Position numbers and translations under genes: made by a program. Of a DNA stretch of 64,000 nucleotides, positions 24,619 through 38,383 are shown piece by piece (within the stretch, counting starts at the first letter, position 1; each line of letters starts with the position of its first letter). The DNA is from Takakia lepidozioides (Eukaryota > Plantae > Bryophyta): contig CM060732.1 of assembly GCA_030704615.1 (NCBI GenBank), forward strand, positions 68,882,001-68,946,000, given 5' to 3'. The notes below the pieces were generated by a model that was given only the letters and a program-made list of their open reading frames with translations, searched no databases and was not told the DNA's origin.

Positions 24619-27600
24619 TCATCTCAAAATTTTCTCTTCACTCTTCCAGTCATCACCCACTGTCTTTGTCCAAACTTTTAGCACCTCTCTTGGAGTTGTT
24701 TTACCCTGTAGGCATTAAATTGCTCGCCTCCTAAAGAGTTGCTCCATCCACCTCTAATATGTATGAGGCAGCTAGCAGTTATTGCTTTCCTGCTTAGAGG
24801 AATCAGACACATTTTGCAGCTGTTGCAGCACTGCTCTGAGCTGACCTTGGAGATTCTGCCTCTGGTCCTCGCTATCTAGGAACCGTTGGTGCACTGCAGC
24901 CATTTGAAGGCTCTGTACTTCAGACACAGCTCCCATGTCCTGCACCTGTATTGCACAGTAAGGTTACAGATTGTTGGATTGTCTTATGAAAATAGATATT
25001 CATCACATTGTTTTTGCATTTTGGGTCTCCTCATCATACAAGTGCCAATTGTGGGCAAGGTGGTGGCAATGCGGAGGGCTGACTCCAGTGAATACCTGCT
25101 TTGCATAGTATTCTGCACGCCTCTCTGCCTTATTCCTGAGCCGCAAAGCATATTGCAGTTGCGCCTGAGTAACATCATGAAGTTTTATTGCGGATCGCAC
25201 GTGCCCTTCCATTTCCATCAACCTGGCCCTGGTCTCCATTAATAATTTTTCCATGTCATCTTTACTTCGAGACAAACTTGTAGATGTGGCTTCAAACTGC
25301 TTCAACCTCTGAACGGCCGCTGCCAGCATTGTATCTCTCCCCAACCTCTCCGGCAATGTCCCTTCCATGTCCTTGTTGCTGTCAACCAGGCCTAGAGTTG
25401 TGGCCAGCTGCTTCTCTATATCATTCAGCTCCTCCACCTCCTTTGGATTCATGCTCGCAGTTTGCAACAGCTTGCATTCCAATTTTAGTTCACCCCCATC
25501 CTGTGTGTCCTCCTTGACTTCAATCACATTAGTCCCTTCCATGTCCAACTCCTCAGTGGCATCTTTCTTTTGCGATTCTGTGTCTAATTCTCCACTGTGA
25601 GAAGATATATCCTTCTCATTCTCTTCTTTCTCCTGTCACCAAGCAAAATGAGTGCAATTCCATCCCCTCCCATGATTGAATTTAATTGTGCAAGCCAGTG
25701 GTCCTCTGGACAGTGACAACCAAAGGTGTGACTGATCTTCTGAGAAGGGGCATACCGGTAGATAAATTCAGATTGCAGTATAATTAATGTCAAAGGCCAA
25801 CCACAAGGGTAATACATGCACTTTGTGCAAAAGATAAGGCTACAACATGTAACAAAATTTTAATGGCACCAGAATGCACCCGCACTTGAGTCACTCCTCG
25901 TAGGACATGGAAAATCAATAGAACTGTTACGGTTGGACCTTGGTTCTGTCGGCAGCAAGCCTGTCTGCCAAGGTGCGCAGAAGTTTGCATGGCGGACTTG
26001 AGCCATCGTCGGCATACATGCTTGATGAAGTGGACTTAAATGTGCTCGTTGTCTCCAATGTGGGATCTACTCCTTGTTTTGGTTCAGTTGAACCCAGCAA
26101 CATCACATACACCTAGTCATGCATGTCACAATCCCTCTGTGTCAAATACATTATCTGTCTCCATGAGTGTATTTCTATGTTGGAACCATGTGACAGAATG
26201 ATTCTGCCTCAACCCAGTGCAAACCAAGGTGGTGACTTAAAAAAGAATCAAAGATTTCTTGGCCTCTCTTAGGGAGTGTAAGTGTGTTTCTTTCCATTAG
26301 AAAAGGAATAAGAGAAAACTAAAGAGGTGAAACCCTTCCCAACAGGGGGAAGTAGCCAAAAGTGAAGTGGTTCTTATCTACAACAGCTTTGGCCAGAGTC
26401 CTCTCTCTCTCTCTATAACCAGTCCCATGCAGCACATAATATGAAAGAGGTGGAACAAGATGAAAATAAACAGCACAATAATCGGAGTTTACCTCGTTGC
26501 ATGGACATTTGGGACAATAACCTCCAAAAGCTACAAGAAAACTCCTCCCTTTGCTCTGCACTTCGACTGAACTGAGGGCCTATGACCCAAACGAAATTTT
26601 TGAGTCAGACATGTAGAGATGTCCCTTGACTCACCCTCTACGTCTAACTTAGCACAGTCATCCTTTCAATAGAAAAAAATGAACAAACATCTTTACCCTC
26701 AAAGTGAAGAGCTAAGACTTCAAAGTCGATACAGTTCCTGCTTTTCACTTGGAAAATGAGTTGGACAATAAATCAGGTGGATTCTCCTAGAAAGGTGGTG
26801 AGCAGCTCCTTTCTTCAAGAAGGGACAAGATGCAGAAGACAACATACATCATTAGCTGGTGGAGAGCCGGGCTTGACTTTGGAAACCATGGTCCACTCCA
26901 GTGTGTCCAGGTCTAAAGACACAGTATCTGGTGTTTTCGCAGCAGTTGAAGCACCTGTGGCATATTAGGGAGAAGCCCACTCTGAGATAGGTTTGTAAAT
27001 CAATCAAGTGAAAACATGCCCTATGGAAAAGACAGACCACACACCAGTGTTTCCATATTTGCCGCCGATAATGTACCATTTTGTGCCAGCAACAACTGCT
27101 GCATGCCCTGCTCGTGGCAAAGGAATGATCCCTTTTGTCTTCTCGCGTGTCCAAACCATCTGCAAGACATGGGCTGCAGCACCAGCTTACGAGATGTCTT
27201 CCACCAAATAATCCCTCACACAATGAGCCTCAAGAACAAAATTGTCATATCAAAGAACTGATTGCAGTCTGGACTAGTTAACTGGCTCTAAACCCTTTAT
27301 ATAGGACAGCTTCCACATGCACAATAGACTGGTGAGATGCTGGCTATGGATAAAGTTAGCGGAGATGCGGCACAGTCTATCTCACATCCATGCTTATGAT
27401 CTGATGCAAATGAGAATCAATGTCCTGTCTTGAAGGTTAATATTTTCTGACGCCACTCACACTCTGGAAATCCAAGCGATACAGATCATTGAAGTATGTT
27501 GTGCGTGATCTTCCTCCGAAAACGTAGAGATATCGGCGGCCATAGCATGTTGTATTGTGATCTCTCCGTGCTGGGGGTCGTGTACCCCTGATCAAACCAA

Positions 27601-30600
27601 GCCAATGAAAGACCGTCAACTTCAGTGGGGAGGTTACTCTGGGGTGATTCTCTGGGTTTGACTGGCATATCCTTGAGATGAATGTACATTGGACTAGTAT
27701 GAACATGGAATGGAAATGGAAATGGTATGTCTGTACAAATGTTGCCAGTACATATATCCAGGGTGCTGCAAATGGTTTTCCGGCACTGCACTACAGGATA
27801 AATCTCACGCTACTATTCCTGAACCCATTCAGAGGACAACCCTTTGTCCCTGTATGGTACTGTCCCCACTTCCAGCTCGCCACGCATATTCCGTAATGCA
27901 GAAAGAGGAAGATTCATGTTAGCAGCACAAAATGAAAAAAGGCCAACAGGGGGAGTCTAGGAAGAAACTGTGTACATTGTATTCTTCAAAGGCAGCCAGT
28001 GCTGTTGTTTGAGGTCCAGGATATGGAGATCATTGAGCATGCGACTCTTGTCGTCCTCACCTCCAAACATGACGAGCATTGACCCACATTGCACAGTGCT
28101 CTGTCCTGTGCGCGCAACCTGCCCAATGCCAATTGTTGAGTTAGTGTCTGGTGTGTGTCAACCTGTCATCTCACAATCATATGCTTCTATACATGGATTT
28201 TTGGCAAAAAAAATTACCGGGGTCTCTCCACGAGGAATGATTGGAGACCAAGTATGGAGTTCCAAGTTGAAAGCATAAACTGCACCCCCATCCCAGTGTC
28301 CACAAATTCTGTCAGAGCTCTTGAGTTTAATGTTCCAACACTTAAAAACCAACAACTCATGTAGAAGGCTACCTTAATTGATTCACACAGAAACGCCTAT
28401 GAAGAGAGAGGAAGACTCTTGCCGATGCAAGCATAACTTAGGGTGTCACTTCATCCCGAAGGGCTACTGCATTTCGTTTGGAAGGTGGACACTTGTGAAT
28501 ATGAAGATTAGGCACTAGTCATGAGCTACTGCCAACGAGAATGCAAGCAAAAACAGCCTTGTATTATCATTCATGCAGGTCTGAAGGAAACAATGTGTTC
28601 AATCCAGACAGAATATGATGCACATAAAAAGACATCAGATCAGATACCTGTGACTCTAGGGGATGGGGGGTCGATTTGGCCCCCTACCACTAGTAAGCAC
28701 TTGTCCCAAACGGCCTGCACAACAGACGTTCAAAAAGGCTTCATCATACACCAACCTTGCTGTCCTCACATCTCTGAGACAAACCAGCAAACAGGAACTA
28801 TAGTGAAAATAAACCGTCCGTCTTTGGGCTATGAATGACTCTACCATAGTCTCAAGTGTCCCACATACATACCACACTGTGACCAACTGAGGGAGGTCCA
28901 TGAGGCAAGAGCTGATTCTTGCAACCAGGTGTGCCAGGTGGGGTAGAACACCCCACAGTCACCCATACCATCTTCTCGATATGCAGCATCTGTATAGAAA
29001 CGAATCACCCTTAGCTCTTGGTGGTGTGCTGGTACTCTATCAATCTCGCAAGCATCAAAAGTTGCAAGCATCAAAAGTTCACATTACATATCAGCTTATG
29101 CAGCATCTGTGTAGAATAAGTTAGCACTTGGTTGTATTCTAGTACTCACAAGCAGAGTGTCAAAATACATACATGGAATGCAAGAACATGGAAATTTTTG
29201 GCATCAAGTTCTTGCTATCTGGGCACAAAGTCACTAAGTCCAAAACTTATACAAAGGGCTCCTGTCATGCTTGCAAATAACCTTCCCGAATTGTTCCTGC
29301 AAAGGTAGTTTTGCTATGTGGATTAACGCTACATGGTGAATAAGTCAGCCTTTAGCACTTGGTGGTGTTCCAGTACTCAAACAATCTCATAAGCACAATG
29401 TCAAGACTTCACATTATATAACATGGAATTTAAGCACAAGGAGATTTATTGGCATCAAGTTCTTGCTATCTGGGCACAAAGTCAATAAGCAAAATTGACC
29501 GAAACTTACACGAAGGGCCAATATCCTTCTTGAATTATCCCTGCTTAGGTGGGTCTGCTATATGGGTTAATGCAAATCTGTGTATGTGTGGTGGAAGAGA
29601 GGAGACATTGTTCGTTCTGTAAGATCTGCAATTACGATCGCCTTGTTTCATTAAGTTAATAAAGCTTTTTTGATGTCACTGGTGAGGAATTGGTATGGTG
29701 ACTAGCAGCTTTGGAAAGAGAAACTCTGTGGTGGCAATGGCAGGGCACCCAAAACTTCTTCAGTTTCTTGACAAGGCAGCTAGATTTCTTCTGGGGCATT
29801 AAGGAAGGGATTCTTGTCAGAAATGTACCTGTACGTCATCCAACTTGCTCTGTCCTGAATTGCCTCCCATTACAAACATTTTGCACCCTAGGGCCATTGC
29901 TGCATGCTGCAGGCCAGTGAGACCAGGCTTTTCAAATCAATGCTCATCCCTTGTTGGACATTGTTCTAGACCCAATTTTATTTCAACTAGTGTAGAGATA
30001 AAAAGCTGTACTGAACTACAATGTGCATAGATAGATACCCACTGGAAACACAGGACCAACACACAAGAGAAGTACAAATTAGGCATGAACCTTGGAACGA
30101 GCAGCTGGTTTTGGGCCCTTAAGAAGAAGTCTGTACCACTGACGAATCTCCGACACCTCCTCCAATGACTCCACTGCCTCTGTAGTCGTCTGATCCTCCT
30201 CATCGCTCTTAATTACTTCTTCCTGTACAACCAAAAACCATAAGGAGTGCTTGACATCTTCTATCAGCTGTCATGAAATCTCTCACTCCCCATTGCACAC
30301 ACACAAATGCACGTGCGAATATGTAGTAGCAGTAACAGAAAGAAAAACTGAAATGCGAGGTCGGAGACCACCGAGACAATGTCAGGCATATTGATGGGCT
30401 GGCTTTGGGTCCATACTCCACACGCTTGGAACAAATCTTGTATCTTTCTAGGCTTGCCTCTATTCAGACTCACCCGATTATCTCTTTGATTATTTGTCTT
30501 TGAATAAAGTTTGCCTATCGCAAAAGTCTAGTAGCTGCCATCCAGAAGAAATACAAGCTTGTAGGATATAAGTGTATGAGAATGAGAAGGTACCTAGCAT

Positions 30601-30823
30601 TTAAAAACTTCTGAGGCTAATTTAAGTGCATTACCGTATCTGAGAATTAGGATGGTACTAGCATACGGTTAAGGACCTGTCAGATTTTTATGAGAGAATA
30701 AAGTCATAAACACTTTCCAACGGCCAATTAAGAGAGAAAAGGGGTGGAGAGAGCGAGACCCACGCCTAGAGTACTGCTGTGCATCCGTTTCGAGAGCTGC
30801 TGAAGTTCAGTTGGTCTCCACAT
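24619..30823 (-). CDS. Kelch beta-propeller protein with C-terminal coiled coil (ACBP4/5-like, lacking a visible ACB domain), ~16 exons; first and last exons uncertain
   Basis: Spliced exons give Kelch blades 'PAARSKHAAMALGCKMFVMGG..KLDDVQ', 'PPSVGHSV..LLVVGG', 'ARTGQSTV..LVMFGGED..MLNDLHILDL', 'PPARRDH..YLYVFGG..YFNDLYRLDF', 'PRAGHAAV..WYIIGG' and 'FLVAFGGY'. Coiled-coil exon at ~25090-25576. Confidence 0.8.
28430..28500 (-). mobile_element. SINE family A fragment (intronic)
   Basis: 'aacttagggtgtcacttc...gggctactgc...ggaaggtggacactt' matches 10787-10846. Confidence 0.65.
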
Positions 30824-31059
30824 CGCTTGATCACCAAAACCAATTGAGGAATCGAGGAAAAGAGTTTCAGAGAGGAATTGATGGAATTGCTTTCAAGTCG
30901 ACTGATTTGAGCAGCTCTAAGACTTGCCTAGACGCTCGATCTGTTCGGTATTCTGCCTTTTGAGCCTTTCTCTTTTAAACTTCTCTCCTGTTTGTGTTGG
31001 ATTATGCAATTTCCTTTGGATGGAGGAGGAGACATGCAGGTTGCTCTGGATGCAACATG

Positions 31060-31660
31060 CATGTAATAGAAGCAAGACGTGGGTTATATAACTTATAGAG
31101 AGAAGGGTCAAGACTCAACACACTCTGCTTCAGGATTGTGGCTTTCCATCTCGAAACTTCCATACAACATTGTTGTCATGACAAGTCATTGGGTTGCCAA
31201 AATGTCCGGCCCGGGCTTTGGGGGTTGGAAGAATGCTCTGAACCTGGTCATGTAATAGGAAGCAAACCAAGACAAACCAAGACGTGGGTTTTATATAGAC
31301 AGCAGGGTCAAGACTCAACACACTCTGCTTCAGGATTGTGGCTGTCCATCTCGAAACTTCCATACAACATTGTTGGCATGACAAGTCCACATTGGGTTGC
31401 CAAAATGTCCGGCCCGGGCTTTGGGGGTTGGAAGAATGCTCTGAACCTGGTCATGTAATAGGAAGCAAACCAAGACAAACCAAGACGTGGGTTTTATATA
31501 GACAGCAGGGTCAAGACTCAACACACTCTGCTTCAGGATTGTGGCTGTCCATCTCGAAACTTCCATACAACATTGTTGGCATGACAAGTCCACATTGGGT
31601 TGCCAAAATGTCCGGCCCGGGCTTTGGGGGTTGGAAGAATGCTCTGAACCTGGTCATGTG
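31060..31660. repeat. Tandem array, ~200-203-bp unit x ~3
   Basis: 'agggtcaagactcaacacactctgcttcagg' at 31104, 31304 and 31507; units are nearly identical. Confidence 0.9.
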
Positions 31661-31741
31661 GTAATTATCTTAATTTAAGACGCGTCCGAAGTCAGCGACA
31701 ATTTTGGTGTCTCCTGGAATTAATTGAAATATATGCCACAT

Positions 31742-31840
31742 AAATTATGGTGTCGCTTGACCTCGCCGGGCTACTGCTTTCGGGTGGGAAGGTGGACACT
31801 GGACACCTTTGTGACACCAATCTGTGGATTGAACCAGTGT
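31742..31840 (-). mobile_element. SINE family A fragment
   Basis: 'ttatggtgtcgcttgac...gggctactgc...ggaaggtggacact...gtggattgaacc'. Confidence 0.65.
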
Positions 31841-33292
31841 TGGACCAGTATCATAAACATTTCATACCCTGGTAAAGTCGGTGAAGAGGCTTCATACCTG
31901 CAGGTAATGGTATGTACCAGTCTGGTATGTCCATTGTTTCTGTTTGGCCTGGTATGGTATGGTATCAGTATTGCAAATTTCAATCTTATAGTGGGGGTGT
32001 ATTAATCAATACAGCTCCATGGTAGAAATTGTCCATGGCAGGTATAATTTGGACAGATTCTTTTTCTTTTTCTTTTTCTTTTTTTAAAGCTGAATGCCTC
32101 ACTTCAGCTGCTGAAGTTCACCACTTCAGCCGCTGAGTGCCTTTACTTATAATAACAAGTAGGTACATAGATGGTAAGGAAAAAAATAACCTTGCAAGTG
32201 CCATAGAGGTTGAGCCTAAGCAGATTTTTGAATAGCATATTGATACTTGGGGTGCAAGCGACGGCGGAAGACAGAGTACTGGTATCAACAAAGTTGCATT
32301 CCTTGCGATACCAGGTTGGTCTGGTAGGAGCCCACGTATTAGTGTTTTACTATATTGCCCCCAATATGTTCTGCCCGGGGTACTACTGCCAGTTGTTTAT
32401 ACCCGCCCGGTCTGGTACCCTGCTGCGATACCCTTACCTGTGCTGATCCCCGCCTCGCCCCCATATACTAGTCCAACACTAGATTGAACCCGAAACCACG
32501 TTGGAGGTGGTTGTAGCCCATATTCCCGGTGGGCTACAACTAGTTTGTCTCATGTGCTAGAAGTGCTGAAAAACACACACACACACACATATATATATGG
32601 TGACGCCTTCCGACTGTTGCGGCTTTTGTTTGTCTTGTGTTGCATCGTGGCAGGGTAAATAAGCACCCCCAATCGTTCCGAAAATAATACGGTCCAGTAT
32701 GTAGTAGGATGTGGAGCAACAAAATTTTCTTTGAATGGATGTAGATGCTATTGTCTGTGTATGAGATAGATAATTTCCAAAAGGTGGATGTAGATTTTAT
32801 TGTCATTGGATGAGTTTTAGATGGATGAACTTTGTAACATGCATTGATAAACAAGACAGGGACAGGGACATCATCACAGGTAGACAAAGGTTGTCATGTA
32901 CCGGTTTACGAAACCGTCCTGTCCTCCAAGGTCATGGTCAAATAAGCACCCCTAATTGCTGCAAAACTAAAATCCGACAAATATACACCCCAATCCTCTC
33001 AAAAATAAAATAATGGGCCAAACTAAAGTGGCGCTTGCATCTAGCCTAGGACACACACGGCAATTGCATGCAAGCCGTACTATACAGGGCTATGGCATGT
33101 TGTGTCGACAAAGCTATTGCACGTTGAGGAAAGATGGCTATTGCATGTTTAGGCCACTTTGGCTATATAGGTATGGAAGTAACAGGAAGAGGTGAGCGGT
33201 AGTTTGGCGAGACAATTTGGCGAAAATCTCTCTGGAACTGGTAGAAGGTCCACGTTAGTTTGGCGAGAGAGTCTAATCGTGGAATGTGTGAC

Positions 33293-33945
33293 ATGGAGAG
33301 TATGCCGATAGCTGGTATAACGTTGGTGAAGCGTAGAGGTCGTCCAAAGAAGGAACCTAGAGCAGACAAGAAATGGCAAATTGTATTTGAGCTATTGTAC
33401 ACAATTGGACTTGGAGGACAGGATGTCGATCTTGGTTTGTTCGAACATTTGCATAAGTTCATTCGAGAGAAGTGTATGGCAGGATTTTCTACGATTGAAA
33501 GAGGTGGGAGCGTGTCTCATTTGCATTTCAAATGCTCATCAGGTTGTTAGCAACAAATGTTATACATGCAAACAAACTAATCAAATTCTATTTGGGTTGG
33601 GACAAATGTCCGCCAACCGGCCACATAGTTATGTGTAAAAAAAACTCAGACAAGATCGTCTGCATGCTTAGAAAAGAATGTTAGGTTACTGTTTAAAATA
33701 TTTTGGTCAACCTCATTTTCAATTCTTTTTGTGAAAATGTAACTACAGAAGAAATGGAAGTCTAGGGAAATGAGTTGTATGTTTTATATGGCGGTGGAGA
33801 GCTCAAGAATCGTGTTTGTCTTACACCAACAAATGTTTTTGAAATAGCGTTCATTTATCACATATACGCACAACCTTGAAAGTGCGTGACAAGCTCCTTT
33901 ATCGGTTGTTTGCTATCAATGTTAAAATCCGGCAAATTTTATGCA
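33293..33945 (+). mobile_element. Replitron HUH endonuclease (Rep) pseudogene, frameshifted
   Basis: Reading across frameshifts: 'ERGGSVSHLHF/Q...LGW...MCK..L...LH..RMLGYCLK.FGQPHF...YVLYG..ELKNRVCLTPTNVF...MLKSGKFY'. HUH motif at 33518-33526, candidate catalytic Tyr at 33687. No helicase nearby. Confidence 0.8.
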
Positions 33946-35129
33946 TTTGGAGCCATGTTTTACGTAAATCGTCATGAAATCCAGTTAGTACTTCTAAGTG
34001 TGTTGGATGCCCCCAATATGGGGCATTTTATAATTCTATCCGGGTTAAAAACGATAAAATACCAGCGTTAGATTCCTCACCATCATTAGATGAACGGTCA
34101 TAGGCATTTCCACTCTAAAGGCTCTTTGAATGTATAGTCCACCAAGATCTAGCCCAATAGTAACAAGCACATACCAACTCAAAAGTGCACTAGAAGAGAA
34201 ACCGGCTTTTTCCACGGCTTTTTCCACGCTTTTTGCTGTGGAATCAGCCGCAATCCACACCTGTCGTGGGTGTAAGAAACGACTAGTGCTTTCAGACACC
34301 CCGTGGACGGCCTGGCTCTCGGGTGGCCCTGTGGAAAAGTCCACGGGTGGCTGAATCCACAGGTGGCTTTTTTCACGGGCGACGTGTGCTTTGGCGAACA
34401 CCGCCACGTGGATCCTAGACGTACAAAGGGTGTGGACTTGTCCACACTTATGGGAAAATTATGCGACAGCCTGTCACCATGGCTTGACGACATCTGGGCA
34501 ACGGTACGGGCACCACATGTATTTTTGTCAGGGCAACACGTGGCGTATTTTGGAGCAACTCTTAGTGTGGGTGTGGAGTATTTTACTGCCTATACTCTAG
34601 GTCATTCCACATAACTGTGGAGAAGACCATAGCGGGTGTGAAATATACTACGGCCTACGTTGTAGGACATTCCACATAAATGTGGAGGATACCACAGTTC
34701 ACCATAGGTTGCTTGTGGTCAGTATCACGATCTAAAGACACCTAAACACAATTCCAAAGCATCACTGCAACAACCTGCTCATGACATGAAGAACTGACTA
34801 AGCATGGCCAGAACAACAGATAGAATGAGTAGATGCAACGCTAATTCATAATTACATTGCCCAAATACACTTCAATCTGACATCAAAGAGTCTGAGTCTG
34901 AGTCTGAGTCTGAGATCAAAGATCTGAGTCTGAGTCCGAGGCAGTGGCCAGGCTGCGCAATGCAGCCCAACACAGAGGTTCAACCTAAAGCTCCAAAAAA
35001 CGACATTTGTTTGTTTTCCAAGTTCCTGCATAAGATGCACCAACCAACATTGCATTGTGAGACACTCACTATACTCCAAAGCTACCAGGGAAGATCACTG
35101 AGCAACTTGCCAAGGTGGAAACACCTGAG

Positions 35130-36260
35130 TCCAGACCCACACTATATCCCTGCTCCTTCAGCTATCCATGCCTCTGCACAAATCAAGCATACATCCTTGC
35201 CTTGCTACTAGTAGCTGACGATGACAGCCTAGATTTGTTATAGGAAACACCCAACTCAACTTATCACAACCTATGCTCAATTGCATCTGCTACTCTCTAT
35301 AATCCAACAAACATTCATTTTCTTGCCTTTATTGACTGGGGTCAGAAAAGTATTCATTCCACAGCTTGTCCTCGTCTCTGTTATATGTTTCTGGATACTT
35401 TCCTGTTGTCACATCGGCAGTATCATGTCAAAGTCACTCCAAACTAGATTCACTCAACCAGCTAACTTGCAGAATTCAACATGAAAAGTTAGGGCCGATT
35501 CTAATAAGAGGGAAAAACAAGGTGAAATGTGCTGAAAAATATGCTTTCATTAGCAGTGCCTCATTATATCAATTGTGTCGTTGCTGCTAGTTGACCATCT
35601 ACCCATGCAAGTTTCTGGTAGCTATTGATCCACAGGGAATCACAGGTAATGTGGAGCTTGAAATCTGGCCCTCTTAGATGAATCTGGACCCACACTCTAT
35701 CCCTGCTCCTTCAGTTATCCATGCCTCTGCACAAATCATGCATTCACCCTTTCCGTGCTGCTAGCAACTGACAATGAAAGCCTAGAATTGTTCTAGGAAA
35801 CACCCAACTCGACTTATCACACTAGTTCATATGCTCAATTGCATTTGCTACTCTCTGTAGTCCAACAGGCATTTACCTTTTGCCTCGATTGTCCCACCAT
35901 TGACTGGGGTCAGAAAAGTATTCATTCCACAGCTCCTGGTCTCCTTGTCTCTGTTACCTATGTCTGGATACTTTCCTGTTGTCACATTGGCAATATCAGT
36001 CAGTCACTCCAAACTATCAAAGGTTCACTCAACCAGCTAACTTGCAGAATTCAACATGAAAATTCAGGGCGATTATGATAAGAGGGAAAAACAGGGTGAA
36101 ATATGTTGAAGAAGGTGCCTTCATTAGCAGTGCCTGAATTTATCAATTGTGTTGATGCTGCTATAGCTTCCAGTTGACCATCTACCCATGCAGGTTGCTA
36201 GTAGCTATTGATTCACAGGGAATCATAAGTAATCTTGTGCCTGAAATCTGGCCACACTCT
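35130..36260. repeat. Diverged tandem duplication, ~560-bp unit x2
   Basis: 'gacccacact.tatccctgctccttcag.tatccatgcctctgcacaaatca' at ~35133 and ~35688; parallel 'MHLLLS...' ORFs at 35281 and 35839. Confidence 0.8.
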
Positions 36261-36678
36261 ATCCCTTCGCTTCTTTTTCCCCACACATATGCAGCCATCA
36301 CAACCTCCAAACTGTCGGTGGTACCCATTGCCCATTATTTGCTCATAGGTATCCAAAGCCTCCATCCTGTGACCCTGCTGGGCATATCCTGCGATCATCA
36401 CGTTCCATGATATCACATCTTGTGTAGCCATTTATAAAAGTCCACGAGGGTATTGTTCAGAATCACATCTGGTACAATTCCAGCTTTGGCGATGTCACCA
36501 TGCACCTCTTTGCCCTTTTCCAGGGCTGCTAGGCTTGCATAAGCATTGCAAACGCACACAAAACGTGATGTGGTTGCAAATCACCCTTTCCCCCATCAAT
36601 TGCTCATACGTCTCCAAGGCCTCCATCTCGTGCCCCTGCTGTGCATACCCTGCAAGCATCGTGTTCCACGACACCACA

Positions 36679-37700
36679 CAACCTCGGGGCGCAACGATGT
36701 TGCGTCCCACGCCTCCTCCCAGCAAGACTCGTACCCCCTCTCCTGCAGCATCCATAGAATCGCTGCCAGACTCGGGACAACATGCCAAAGATGAGCATGC
36801 TGCTCCTATTATCGTTACCCAATACATCATTCCAATCGTGGAGCGAGATGTGTCGGCCTCGCAGTGGAGAATTGCACGGACCCGTCCGTCATTTCGTGGC
36901 AAATGTTGTGCTGTTCATGTCGACACCAACCAAAGATGCAATGAGATGATTCGGAGGAGCCCGTAGGGCGGTGTGCCTGCCCCTTGCTTCACAGGGAGAT
37001 TTGTGTGCGCAAAGTTTGTGGAGGCCACACTGAAGTAGTTTTGGTTCTACAGGCATGACATCATGTCATGTGTGTTCGGCAAGCCCAAGTATGGTGTACA
37101 AGGCATGCCTGAACCACCAGCAGTCTGGCCTGTGGCAACTGGTACAGATCTTACCCTGGAGGAGGCAGACGCTCTAGGAAGTGCAAGGTTTTGACTGGTG
37201 GAGAGGACAAACGTTCCACAAAATCCAATTCCCAGTCGTCATCCTCCTCCCACAAGAAGCTCTTCACCCTGCATACCAGTGGGTGACCCCGCAGCTTGGC
37301 CCACCCATCGGTGGGGGAAACTGAAAAGACGGCGGCCACCAACAAAGGCGAACGATACCAGGATGGCCAACGCTCTTGCAATGCCCTGCATAGTGCAAGG
37401 TTGCAGGGATGTTCCTCACCCCGGGATGGGGCGCATATTTCAGTTGTCAACAGCCGGGTCTGCTACACGCAGTGTCGTGTATGCAATCACGGTTTCTCAG
37501 TACCCAGCTTGCAACTGTGAGGACTTCCTTGTTATGGAATCGAAGAATGCAGCATACGTCCCTTGCAAACACCTTTATTACATTTTTTCTGAAGCGCATG
37601 AGTTGCATATCCGCAGTGGATGTCTTCATCCATGCTCCAACACTGAGCTTCAACGAGCTGCACAAGGCCCTACGGCAGGATACAGGTCGGACTGCTTGAC
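36679..37700 (+). mobile_element. C-terminal part of a MULE-type transposase with SWIM finger (degenerate)
   Basis: 'WRIAR...KCCA...FWFY...WPVATGTDLTLEE' with in-frame stops, followed by SWIM 'YPACNCEDF...PCKHLYYIF'. Confidence 0.7.
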
Positions 37701-38383
37701 ATTCCACATTCGGGAAGGAGAAAGTGGCAATTATATTACATTCATCTTCTTGCACCCTATTTTTTTGTGAGGAATTATACACTTGGTGGTGCCGCACCGC
37801 CATGGCTCCAGGTGCATTTCGGTGCCGCAATACATGAGAATGTGGTTTTTGGCTGTGAATGGCATGGGCATGTTTTTTTTATTTTGGTTATGTCTATAAA
37901 TGGATCGAGGAAAGCATACATTGTGTGGAGATACACGGGCATTGTGGCCTATTTCAGCGCCGTTAATGGTCTATATACTGCATAGTGCTTCCTTGTTACT
38001 GCTCTTCATTCAATTTGTGGTGATTTCGCAGCCCATCCTGGCGTTTTCGTCCACCTTTACGAGAAGACTCCGATTTGCTATCAATACATTGTCAGTGTTC
38101 TGCAAATGTGATGCCTTTATAAGATTGCTAGTTCTGTGTCCCAGTGGGAAGGGTCCTACTGCACATTCCAGCATTTGCATACTGCACCTTGTGCACACAG
38201 CAATCCATACGACAAAGGACACGTCCCAGCATACTGGCAGTGAATTGCAAAAAACCTTAACATAAGATTATCCAAGCATGTATATTCCCCATATGGCACA
38301 GAGAAGCTACTTGATTTCTGAAGCAAAATGTATGTGCCATGAGTGTCGGCGAGTCGAAACATGTCTACTCTAGCATGCAAGAC

